Positions 9,518 to 19,900 of a stretch of 58,050 nt of DNA are shown here, piece after piece. Both the position numbers and the translations under genes were made by a program. The stretch is from a virus (lineage: Duplodnaviria; Caudoviricetes): positions 1 to 58,050 of the IMG/VR virus record IMGVR_UViG_3300035670_000246. One strand, 5' to 3'. The notes beneath the pieces were generated by a model. It worked only from the letters and a program-made list of their open reading frames with translations. It made no database searches and had not been told where the DNA came from. How positions within the stretch are numbered: position 1 is the stretch's first letter; each line of letters opens with the position of its first letter.

Positions 9518-9828
9518 TTGGTCCCGGCTGTGGACTCAGTTACGCCGATCAAGCTAAATCCCTCGGTCTAAGAGTTGGGGACACTATCGTCGGGAAAGAG
9601 CATTACGGCGGCGGATCGTGGAGTGAGGCTGAGCTAACATTGCTGTGGATGGGATCGCAAATCTGCGTCTGGCGGCATCGCTGGCGCAACTCGCGCTTTC
9701 CTAACATCTGGAATGGTGGAGGCGAGGCCGCGAACTGGAGCCTGACCGACCGCGACTGGCATAAGGCGAACGCACAAGGTCTGGCGCAGATGCCAGCGCC
9801 GAAAGACTCCGAATCCATAACCGACTAA
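9457..9828 (+). CDS. Cassette-borne hypothetical protein (Trp-rich)
   Basis: Starts in the loop of attC 9389-9517 and stops in the loop of attC 9765-9866. Confidence 0.65.
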   Translation: MSDIDTTTSGAQLGGSVFVRLGPGCGLSYADQAKSLGLRVGDTIVGKEHYGGGSWSEAELTLLWMGSQICVWRHRWRNSRFPNIWNGGGEAANWSLTDRDWHKANAQGLAQMPAPKDSESITD

Positions 9829-9866
9829 CCCGCTGGCATCTGTTGCCAGCACCGACTTTGTTCGCC
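9765..9866 (-). repeat. attC-like site
   Basis: GGCGAAC ... CTGGCGCAGATGCCAGCG / CGCTGGCATCTGTTGCCAG ... GTTCGCC imperfect palindrome with bulges. Confidence 0.8.
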
Positions 9867-10340
9867 ATGTTGAATGACTCGCTATACAGCTCCGAAAAAA
9901 TGGATTGGGAAACGCCCGATCACCTCTTCCTTGGCCTTGATGCCGAGTTCGCGTTCACGCTCGACGTGGCCGCGAGCAAAGAAAACGCCAAGTGCCGCCG
10001 ATACTTCACGGCGGAGGATGACGGACTGAGCCAACCGTGGGAGGGAACCTGCTGGATGAATCCACCATACGGGCGGGAAGTGGGCGATTGGATGCGCAAA
10101 GCCGTAGAGGAGTCCAAGCGCGGCGTTCTCACCGTGGCCTTGGTGCCAGCACGAACGGATACGCGCTGGTGGCATGAGACGGCGATGAAGCATGAAATCC
10201 GATTCCTCGCACGCCGCCTGTCCTTCAAGGGATCTGGCAACAAGGCTCCTTTCCCGTGTGCCGTCGTGGTGATTCGCCCGCCGCACGCCGCAATCCTTTC
10301 TCTGGCGAACACGGATTATCCCGACCAAAATTCCAGGTAG
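9867..10340 (+). CDS. Phage-type DNA N6-adenine methyltransferase (cassette-borne)
   Basis: WETP, FTLDVAAS..NAKC, DGLSQPW, WMNPPY, LVPARTDTRWW, APFP. Confidence 0.9.
   Translation: MLNDSLYSSEKMDWETPDHLFLGLDAEFAFTLDVAASKENAKCRRYFTAEDDGLSQPWEGTCWMNPPYGREVGDWMRKAVEESKRGVLTVALVPARTDTRWWHETAMKHEIRFLARRLSFKGSGNKAPFPCAVVVIRPPHAAILSLANTDYPDQNSR
10310..10326 (-). other. attI/attG-like cassette target half-site
   Basis: Minus strand GGTCGGGATAATCCGTG|TT; 12/17 identical to 56791-56807. Confidence 0.55.
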
Positions 10341-10365
10341 CACCCCCCCCAAACCGGAACAACCT

Positions 10366-10923
10366 ATGAATGACCAACCCATCTGGACCAACGACTGGGC
10401 CACTTACCACTACACCAACTGGAAAAAGTTCCTTGGCAAGTTCCGGGATGTCCCGGCAATCGGCCTGGAGATCGGGTCATGCGAGGGCAGGTCATCCTGC
10501 TTCTTTGTCCAGAACATTCTCACGCACGCGGAGTCCAGGCTGATCTGCGTTGATCCGTGGGTGATGCCGGGGACTGAGGAGAGGTTCCAGCACAACATCG
10601 ACGTGCTTGGGTGTCGCCCCAAGATGGAGGTCCACAAGACGTTCAGCGACAGGTTCGACCTGAGCAACCACGCCAAGGTCGATTTTGTTTATGTTGATGG
10701 CTGCCACACGGCCCCGGCCACCCTCAAGGATGGAGTCCGTGCATGGATCGCGCTCAAGACGGGAGGGATCATGATCTTCGATGACGTGATGTGGCGGATC
10801 AACGAGCTTCCCCGGGTGGCATGCCCCAAGCTGGCGATTGACGCGTTTCTCACCGTGTTTGAGAAGGAAATGAGGGTTTTGCACGTCGGCAGTCAGGCAA
10901 TCGTTGAAAAGATTTCGCCTTGA
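10366..10923 (+). CDS. Class I SAM-dependent methyltransferase (Methyltransf_24-like)
   Basis: LEIGSCEGRSS, CVDPW, DFVYVDGCH, LKTGGIMIFDD. Confidence 0.85.
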   Translation: MNDQPIWTNDWATYHYTNWKKFLGKFRDVPAIGLEIGSCEGRSSCFFVQNILTHAESRLICVDPWVMPGTEERFQHNIDVLGCRPKMEVHKTFSDRFDLSNHAKVDFVYVDGCHTAPATLKDGVRAWIALKTGGIMIFDDVMWRINELPRVACPKLAIDAFLTVFEKEMRVLHVGSQAIVEKISP

Positions 10924-10977
10924 CGCTGCCCCACTTTTCTATTGTCAACCTGATTCCCGGGGAGGATTATCGCGGTC

Positions 10978-12057
10978 ATGGCTATCACCTCTGTTAGCGC
11001 GGGGCTAAACCCAAACAGATTAACGCGTGGCAACGGCGAGCACCCGGGTGTCGCGTTGATGCGTGCAAGCGGGGGAAACTACGGAGGCTTCTCGTTTCCA
11101 AGGACCACCTCGAACAAGCGCATTCAAGGATACTCGCAAAAGCAGGGACCTCCTCCTCGCGGTTTTGGTGGCCTGAACGAGTATTACATGAAGCAGCAGT
11201 TCAAAGACGCCTCCCCGCAGGCGATTGACGCCGCAGCACAAGAAGCCCGCAAAGCCGGGGTTTTGGTCAATCAGCAGGGCCAGCGAACGGCTGACACATG
11301 GTCCAACCGAGGCATGACCTCGTCCCGGGCGGCGGCAGCCAACCCATATCAGAAGACCGTGACACCGACTTCAGGCCCCACGGATGCTCAGCGCCGATGG
11401 TTCAATGTGGCCTCCAGCCAAGGCTCCCCGGCATCAGAGGTTCCTTCGGGCGCTGCCGCAGGTTCCTTGGGGTCGGCAATGGGCGGCAGCGGTCTCTCGC
11501 TTCCGTCCCGGGCGTCTGCCGCCAACCCGTACACCCGGGCAGGCAACATCGCCAACGCCAAAGCGGCGGGTGAGTTCGGTGACGTTCGTGCGGCCTACAA
11601 CCGTGACAACGCCGCCCAAGGCTATAACATGGATGAGGCAGGCAACATCTCCGAGGACATGGCGCAGAAGCAGGCGTTCGCCCGCAGTCAGCTTGCTCCT
11701 ATCGCCGAGGACATCGCGGCACGGCGTGACTTCGCCCGTGGTGAGGCTCCGGTACGTTTCAGCGGCCCGGACATGAGCGATCCCAACGCCGACGAGATGT
11801 CACCAGGGTTGCGCCGGGCGGAGAAGATCAATCCGTACGGCACAGCCACGGCGACCTATGGTGCCCCGTCATCCGTGGCAACTACCCGTGATGCCATGGG
11901 CCGCACGGTCCCGTTGGCCGAGTTCCTGCGCACGCAGCGGGCGATTCAGGACACCAAGTTCAACGCGGGTGAAGACCAGCCTCTTGGGCAGGCCAACGCC
12001 GAGCAGTTCCGCAAGATTGCCCGTGGCGGCAGCATCAACACCAGCCGTCGCACATGA
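10978..12057 (+). CDS. Putative internal virion/ejection protein
   Basis: 359-aa Gly/Ala/Gln-rich ORF heading a structural-type operon. Confidence 0.5.
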   Translation: MAITSVSAGLNPNRLTRGNGEHPGVALMRASGGNYGGFSFPRTTSNKRIQGYSQKQGPPPRGFGGLNEYYMKQQFKDASPQAIDAAAQEARKAGVLVNQQGQRTADTWSNRGMTSSRAAAANPYQKTVTPTSGPTDAQRRWFNVASSQGSPASEVPSGAAAGSLGSAMGGSGLSLPSRASAANPYTRAGNIANAKAAGEFGDVRAAYNRDNAAQGYNMDEAGNISEDMAQKQAFARSQLAPIAEDIAARRDFARGEAPVRFSGPDMSDPNADEMSPGLRRAEKINPYGTATATYGAPSSVATTRDAMGRTVPLAEFLRTQRAIQDTKFNAGEDQPLGQANAEQFRKIARGGSINTSRRT

Positions 12058-13031
12058 ACACCAGACTGACGGTAGCCGACGTGCGGGCGCAACTCTGGCA
12101 ACTGGCCGACCCCAACGACCAGAACAGCGTCACGTTCCTCAACATGCTCAACGAGGTGTGCGAGAAACTCACCCTGAGCGGCAAGTGGAAAGGGTCCGTC
12201 ATCTACGTCACGTTTGACTCATCAACCGGCTATATCAGCCTGCCTCCCGAGGCGTACTCGGTGCTCTCCATGAGCTACAACCGGGTCCCCGCGATGACCT
12301 TCACGCAGTTTCACGGATTCCAGGAAAACGGTCCCGGAAACTTGGAGGAGACACTCAACTGGCCCGGCATCCTGATCGAGCAAGGAGACGGGTTTGTGAC
12401 GCAGGAAGACATCCCCGCCAACACCACGGCCAACCTGCGGGTGACGCTCTCCAATGCAGCCGACGCAGGTAAGACTTTCCGGTTCTACGGCCTCAATGGT
12501 GACGGCAACCCGATCTACGATCTGACCACGGGCGTCGAAGGCATCGACCTGACCAGCGCCTACCCGTCTGCCGACACGCCGGTCACCACCAGCCAGCTTT
12601 TTACGGCTGTCACAGGCATCCAGGCTCCGGCTGACCTCAAAGGCTCATGGACTCTGTCCTATCTGGTGAGCGGCACCGCGACGGTGATCGGGCAATACAT
12701 GCCATGGGAGACGCGCCCGATGTACGCCCGGTATCAGACCGGCACGGCGGAGAAGACCATCCGCATCCTCTGCCAGCGTCGGTTCCGGCTGCTGCGTAAC
12801 GAGACCGACTGGGTGATACCCGGCAACCTGGGGGCGCTGCGGGAAGGCTTCTGGCACCTGAAATATCTCAACGCCTCCGACGACGAGAAGGCCAACGCCA
12901 AGTTCGAGCGGGCGCTCTACTGGCTCAACAATGAAGCCCGGTCAGCCCGTGGCGGGGCGACGGCCTCGACCAACTTCCAGAACTGGGGTGTGTCGTCCTA
13001 CTATGGCTGTGACGCCATGCCCAACTACTGA
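12054..13031 (+). CDS. Putative tail adaptor/tubular virion protein
   Basis: Helical termini around a beta-rich core; position in structural operon. Confidence 0.5.
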   Translation: MNTRLTVADVRAQLWQLADPNDQNSVTFLNMLNEVCEKLTLSGKWKGSVIYVTFDSSTGYISLPPEAYSVLSMSYNRVPAMTFTQFHGFQENGPGNLEETLNWPGILIEQGDGFVTQEDIPANTTANLRVTLSNAADAGKTFRFYGLNGDGNPIYDLTTGVEGIDLTSAYPSADTPVTTSQLFTAVTGIQAPADLKGSWTLSYLVSGTATVIGQYMPWETRPMYARYQTGTAEKTIRILCQRRFRLLRNETDWVIPGNLGALREGFWHLKYLNASDDEKANAKFERALYWLNNEARSARGGATASTNFQNWGVSSYYGCDAMPNY

Positions 13032-13036
13032 CCACC

Positions 13037-13957
13037 ATGCCGCCCCCTTCAGTCACCCCAGCGATGCGTGAGTTCGGTTTTGGAGCCAAGCGCGTGCTCC
13101 AGCCTTACCAGAACCCGGAGGCCAAGGACTTCTTCCGTGCTTTCCGCCCCTCGCAGGAAGAACTGGACAACCCGTTCCTGTCGTCCCCCTATGCCCGGCA
13201 GCAAGACGCCCTGGTGGCGCAGGAGGACGTGGTCAACCAGCAGCTTGCGGCCGAGCAGGCGCAGATGATGGCGGACCAGCGCAAGGCCAGCCGTCTGGAG
13301 CAAGTCTATGAGGCTGAAGACCTCGCCAACGAGGCGCTGGCCTCCGGTGTGCCGCCCGACGAGGTGATCCAGCGGTTTCCCCGGCTGGCGCAGTCTCCGA
13401 GTTTCAGCAATTACATGCAGCAGGCACGCGAGGTGCGCCCGGCGCAGAAGACGCTGGCTCCGCATTTTCGTCAAAGCCTCAAGAGCCCGACGGCACGAAC
13501 CTACTTTGACCGTCATTTTCAAACCACAGGAGACGCCACGCAGGCTTACGATTTGGCGCAGGCGGACGAAGAGCAGGACGACATCCGGCTCGAACTCGTA
13601 AAGAACGGAGTCCCCGTTGAGATAGCTGAGGCCAAAGTCTGGACCCCATTGGCGGCACAAGCGGCCATTCAGCAGTTCAGCCGAAAAACGGAGGACGACC
13701 CGAACGAACTGGCCTACAAGAAGACGGTGGACAAGTATTTCGCCGATCTGGCGAACTCTGCTGCCATGGCTATTGATGGAGAAGAAAAGAGCACGGAGCA
13801 GATCAAGGCGGACCTTGACCGCATCCGCAGTATTTTCTATCCGCAGGCCGCGCCAGCGCCGGTCTCAACGGTCAAGCCACCCACTGCCACTAAAGCCACG
13901 TCCAAGGTCAAATCCCTGGCGGAACGCTACGGCATCCTCAAACCTAAACAGCCATGA
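13037..13957 (+). CDS. Putative internal virion/ejection protein
   Basis: Ala/Gln-rich helical ORF coupled to the giant gene. Confidence 0.5.
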   Translation: MPPPSVTPAMREFGFGAKRVLQPYQNPEAKDFFRAFRPSQEELDNPFLSSPYARQQDALVAQEDVVNQQLAAEQAQMMADQRKASRLEQVYEAEDLANEALASGVPPDEVIQRFPRLAQSPSFSNYMQQAREVRPAQKTLAPHFRQSLKSPTARTYFDRHFQTTGDATQAYDLAQADEEQDDIRLELVKNGVPVEIAEAKVWTPLAAQAAIQQFSRKTEDDPNELAYKKTVDKYFADLANSAAMAIDGEEKSTEQIKADLDRIRSIFYPQAAPAPVSTVKPPTATKATSKVKSLAERYGILKPKQP

Positions 13958-16900
13958 GCCCTTGGGAAGACATCGAGGCTGATCCCGAGTTTGGCACGCT
14001 GACTCCTCAGGAGAAGGTGTCCCTGTTCGACGATTGGCACAAGAACACCGTCAACAGCTTTGCTGAGATCGACCCGGAAGAAGTGGACCTTCAAGGTCTC
14101 AAAGGATTCATGGCGTCAGGTCAGGTTAAGCGCCGGGAGCTTCTTGGGGAACCTGTGGACCCGGACCAGATCACCCAGCAGTACCTGACGGGGTTGACGG
14201 AGCGCAACAAATCCCAGAAGCAGATGCTGGCGGATTACGACGCTTTGGAGAAGGCCCGGTTTAACTTGCAAGACGCAACTCTCCAGAAAGGGGTTACCTC
14301 CGCAGGAGATCGGGGCATGATCATCAGCCCCAAAGTTCAAGAGATTCTCGGTAAACCAAAGCAACAAGCGGAAAAGGAGTTTGAAATCGCTCGCAGCAAG
14401 TTCACCCCCGAACTGGAGCAGCAGGCCCGGGAGGCACGTGAGGCCATGCGTGGAGAACGCCCGGTGGCAGTTCTCGGCAGCGACATCTACACCGACCCGT
14501 CGCTGACACTGGACAAAGAGGAGTACCGCAGAGCGGTAAACGGAACCTCAGCTTCGCCAGAAGCCAAGATGCTCGCGTTGGCGGATTTCTCTTCTCGCCG
14601 GGACGAGTTCGCGAAAAACGCTCTTCGTGCGTTTCGAGTTGCGGGTGAGGCACCGATTCCAGGCATGGAGTCTTTCGCGTCGTGGGAGGCGAAGCAACCT
14701 GAAGAGACACGTGTCAAATCTCCAGAAAGCAAAGCCCTCGAATACCTCCGTCAGATGCGTGGACGAGAAGGTTACCGTAAACTGATCAGCGCCATTGGCA
14801 CCGGGGCTGTTCAAGGTGGGGCGGACGTGGCATCTCAGGCCGTTGGCACGGCTGCCATGATCACCGGAGACCGAGGGCTTGCTCAAAAAGCGGGGGAAGT
14901 TCAAAAAGGCGCGGAAGCGTTGTCTGAAGTCCAAAAGCTCGAAGGAGACATGTCTGCCACAGGTGCCACCACGGCTGGCGGCGTGGCACGTCTCGGAGTT
15001 GGCATGGCTCCCGCAATCGGAGCAGGCCTTCTCACCGGAGGCAGTCTTCCGGCTGCCGCGTTGGCGGCTGGAGCACAGACCGCAGGCGCTCAATTCCCAT
15101 CGACGTACAACGCGATGCTGGAACAGGGGAAAAGTGAAGAGGAGGCACTACGTGCCTCTCGCGGAGCCGCCCTCATGTCCGGGGCCGTGACTTCAGCATT
15201 GACCGCACTTGGGGGAACGTCTGGCGTGGAAGCGTTGATCCGCCGCAGCGGTGAAGGGTTTGCCCGTGGGCGCGTTGCCTCCATCCTGCTTGGGTCAATC
15301 AAAGAAATACCCGAAGAATTGGCTGATGAGGCTGCCAGTCAGGTTATTGAGTCGAGCCTGACCAACCCGGACAAGCCGGTGTCCCAAGTGGTCGATGAGT
15401 TTCTTGGGCAGGCCCCCGACCTTGCCTTGCAAGTCGGACTCCTTGGAGGAGCTGGTGAAGCCTTCTCTTCTGGAGGAAAGACACCGCCCACATCCCAGCC
15501 CACGGAAGAAACCGAAGAGCCGGTGGTTCTTGGGCGCACGGTGCAGCAGGTGCTCGACGAAGCCGACGCCGTCAGCGCCCGGGCAGTCGTGCAAGCTGAG
15601 GAGGCAGGGTCGCCTTTGCTGGCGCAGGCCATCGCAGAACAGACGGCTGCCACGGTTCCCGAGGCTCAAGCGGAAACCGCAGAGCCAAGCGGACAGACGG
15701 AACCAGAGGTAGCCGCCGAAATCCTTCCCGAAAAATCTCCCGCAGTCAACGCCGTTACCACAGAAGAACAAGAAACCCTCCCCCTGTTGCCACAGGAGGA
15801 GGGTCAGGCCGGTGAGTCGCGAACTCCGGCAGAAGGGTCGATTCCTGCCGTTACCGCAGAGAAAATGCCTGATACTTCAGAAGTGTCAAGTGTTGCCCCT
15901 TCTGCCGGAGTTGAGCGTAATCGGGCGTTGATCGCTCAAGCCGCAACCACAAACGCCGGACGTGCCCAGGTGTCAGCCAACGAGTACATCCAGAAAGCGG
16001 CAGCAGCACCGCAGCCGAACCTTCCTCCAATCACCACGCAAGGTGGAGAGGTGGAAGTCCAAGCCGCGCCTGAGCGTACGGTCGAACAGAATCCGATTGC
16101 CGCGATGGCCGCACAAGCCGCCGCCAAAGCCCGAGGAGAGGTCAAGGAAGTCAGCGCCCCTCTGGCACGGATGTTACAGCCTTCTCCGCCGTCGCCGTCA
16201 GCTCCGTCTGGCTTGGGCGCAGGTGCCGCTACAACTCCGCAAGGAGCCATTGAAAGTCCCACAGCACCAGCGACGGCGGAGGACATCGCCGACCGCATCA
16301 ACGCGTCGTCCTTGTCTCCTGCGACGACCTATCCATCTCTGGTGCAGGACATCAAGAGTCTCACGGAAGGCAGGCCAGCACGGTTGCAGGAAGTCGCCGA
16401 CGCCCTGTTCGAGCAACCCATGCAGCGCCCGACTGCCGAGAAAATCGCACGCCGCCTGCTCGACGAAAATGCCGCCGAACGCGAGGTCACGGCTTCGCGT
16501 GATCGCCGGGTCGCCCGTGAGATGATCGGCGAGGAAGAGAACCAGCGTGGCGGCGAAGCGCCGGTCAGCGATGACAAGGCCCCCTTGGAAAAGGGCGAGT
16601 TCGTCGCGTGGCAGGACGAGAACGGCGCGATGCAGGAAGGCGTTCTCACCAAGATCAGCGCCGGTCGAAACAACCTTGGCGAACCGATGTCGGAGGTTAC
16701 CTTGGAAACCAGCGAGGTCGTGCAGGTGCCACGGCGAGAACTGAGGCCTATGGCGTCCATGAGGCCGGATGCGCGTGATGCCGAATACCTCGCCGCCGTT
16801 GAAGCTGGCGACATGGCGAAGGCGCAGCGGATGGTGGATGAGGCGGCGAAGGCGGCGGGGTATAACGTGGGGCCGGTGTATCATCACGGTGGGTTCGACA

Positions 16901-19900
16901 TCCAGGAAAACGCCGTCCCAGACACATCTCGTGGCTTTCACATGGGCACCCGGCAAGCCGCTGAAGAGAGGGCTTTTGGCAAACCTGTCGATGATTTTAT
17001 AGCGGAGGCCGAAGTAACGTACGATGAAGGCCTTGGTGCCTGGTTTTGGTCATCACAAGGAGTGGACAGTTACGACGTGGTCGATGAGGACGGGTTCAGT
17101 AGCGAAGAGAGGGCTCGCCGCAGCTTAGAAGAATATGCCTCCCAAGAGGATTTCAGTGGTTCTGACATCGAAGACCTTGGTAAACTGACCGCTGCGTATT
17201 TGAGGGTGTCTAACCCGTTGGTAGTGGCTGACCAAAAAGCGGACTGGGACGGCGTGATTAAGCGAGCGGTGTCTGGCGGCTATGACACCGTGCAGTATCG
17301 CAATGACTTCGAGGATAAAGGGTCAACTTCATACATAGCCCTGCAAGAAGGGCAGATCAAATCCGCCGATCCAGTCACCTACGACGACGCGGGGAACGTG
17401 ATCCCGCTCTCACAGCGTTTCCAGACGACCTCGCCGGACATCCGTTTCAGCAAGAAACCGACGAACCCAGTTCGCGACGCCCGTGCCGCAGCGATCAAGT
17501 CACTGCGCGGTCACCTCGGAGAAGAAGTCTCGGTCGGTGTGTCCGCCGTGGACGGCATCAACGCGATGACCAGCCTTCAAGGTGCCGTGCCTGGAGTGCA
17601 GAAGGCATGGATCGGCACGCGTGAGGATTTTCTTGCGGATGAATCCCTCGGCCGTGCCTTCCCCGGCATCCGCCGCGAACTGGAGAGCCCGCGAGGAGAT
17701 CAACTGGAAGGTCTGTTCGACGGCGGCCGGGCGTTCGTGTTCATCAACAACGTCGGCGTTTACGAAGGCGATGTCCGTGTCGCCAAGGAACAGTCCGAAC
17801 TGACTGGAGAAGAGGTTACTCCGCAACAGGCAGCGGTGCAGCGCGTCATCACTCATGAAGGGCTGGTGCATCGCGGGTTCTATGCTCTCGACAAGGACAC
17901 CCGGCGTGCGCTGTTCCAGTGGGGCGCTCAGAACATCTACGAAGCCGAGATGGACGCGATGGCCGAGGAATACGGCTACGCTGACGACTGGCGCACCAAC
18001 GAACGGTCCCGCGAGTGGATCATGGAGGAGATTCTGGCGAAGAAGATCGAGCGCCTCAAGGCCCCGCCGAAGTCAGGCCCGCTCAAGGCCCTGTGGGACA
18101 TCCTTGTCTCGTTGTGGCGAAAGCTCACGGGCAGCGTGCAGGAGGTCACCCTCAAGGACATCCAGGATGTCGCCAAGGTGCTGCGCACCGCGTTGGAGCT
18201 GTCCGAGAACAACGTCGAGACGCGCAACGGGATGCCGATCCGGGTGGAGGTAGCCAAAGGTTCCCTCCGCCCCCGTTTCACCAGCCCGCTTGACGCCACG
18301 CTCTCGGACACTGCGAAGGCCCTGCGCCTCATGCGCGACGGCCCACCCGCAACCCCTGTGGACCTGCAACAAGCCTACGCCACGGCCGTGCGTGGCAAGT
18401 CCTCGGCCATGGTGTCGCTCGACGACCTGTTCGCCGCCGCCAAGGCATCCGCTCCGTCCCTGACCGAGGCTGAATTCGGACAGCAGGTGCAGAACCTCTA
18501 CAACGACAACGGAGCCTACGTGGAGTCCGCCGAGTCGCCTGCTGTGATGAAGCAGTCCGCCGACCGCTACAACGTCCGCTCGTCTCAAGGGATTCCGGCG
18601 AGTTACGTGATGATCCTGGAGACCGGACGCCCGATGGCGTCCATGAGGCCGGAGACACCCTTCTACTCGAAACTGTCCCGCGTCGTATCGGATAAGATGC
18701 CGAATCGCGCCGATGTCGCGACCATCAAGGGCATCATCACGAACCCGCAGACAGGCATCAAGGCAGAGGAACTGAAGTGGAGCGGGATCGTGCCGTGGCT
18801 TGATGCTCAAGAGGGCATGGTCACGAAACAGGCCGTGCTCGACTACCTCGCCAGCGACGGCGCGGTGAGGCTGGAGGAGGTGCGGATGGGTGGACAAGAT
18901 CGAACCATCAAACCGGGCGCTGTTTTTGGTGATTACCGCGTGATTGATGATGCTGGCGACTTGGCTCTTGAAAGAGTGGACGATGGTTCTTTTGTTCGTT
19001 CTGGCACCGCTGAACAACTAGCGGATTACTTGGAAATAGGCACTGGCGAAAGTGGAGCAGGAACCAAATACGCCCAATACCAACTACCCGGCAGCGAGAA
19101 CTATCGCGAGGTGGTGCTGGCGATGCCGGTTGAAAGACGTTCGATGACAGAAGCAGCGGCTGTTTATTACAACACTTTTGTTCGTCGTGGGGGCGAGCCT
19201 CAATGGGCTGAATTGCCAGAAAGTCGGCGCTTGCAGATCATCACGGAAACGCCCGCAGAAGCATTCAACGAACCACCTGAATACACCTCCAGCCACTTCC
19301 CCGACGTGCCGAACTACGTCGCGCACATGCGGCTGAACGACCGCACGGACGCCGAGGGGCAGCCGGGGACGTTCATCGAGGAAATCCAGTCCGATCGCCA
19401 TCAGCAGGGACGGGAGAAGGGGTATCAGGGACAACGTGACCGCTCTCTAAGCGTGAAATGGGATGCCAATCTTCAAACCTGGAAAGTTCTCAACGAAGAG
19501 GGTCGAATGGTTGGGGGATTCCAAACCGAAGAAGCGGCAAAAGCCGCCGCTAATAAGTTTGCGTCAGGCATCCCCGACGCCCCTTTCCGAACAACCTGGC
19601 CGCTGCAAATGTTCAAGCGCGCCCTCGCGGACGCGGTGGCGGCGGGCAAGCAGTGGATCGGCTGGACGACCGGCGAGACGCAGGCGGAGCGGTATGATTT
19701 GAGCAGGCAGGTGGACAAGATCGAAGTTTACCCTTTGGAAAAATCACCGGGCATGGTGGCTATCACAGCCTACAAAGATGGCCGCCAAGCCATTCGGCAG
19801 GATGTCGCACGTGGTAGCATGGCGGATTTGATCGGCAAAGAAGCTGCTCAAAAAGCCGAGCAACAGATTCAACAGAACAACTTTGCCACCCTCGAAGGAG

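Larger units (their letters stand above)
9395..10309 (-). mobile_element. Two-cassette integron-type array (cassettes 9395-9770 and 9771-10309)
   Basis: attC-like hairpins at 9389-9517 and 9765-9866; R''/R' self-complementarity; excision restores an in-frame GT 3' end. Confidence 0.75.
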
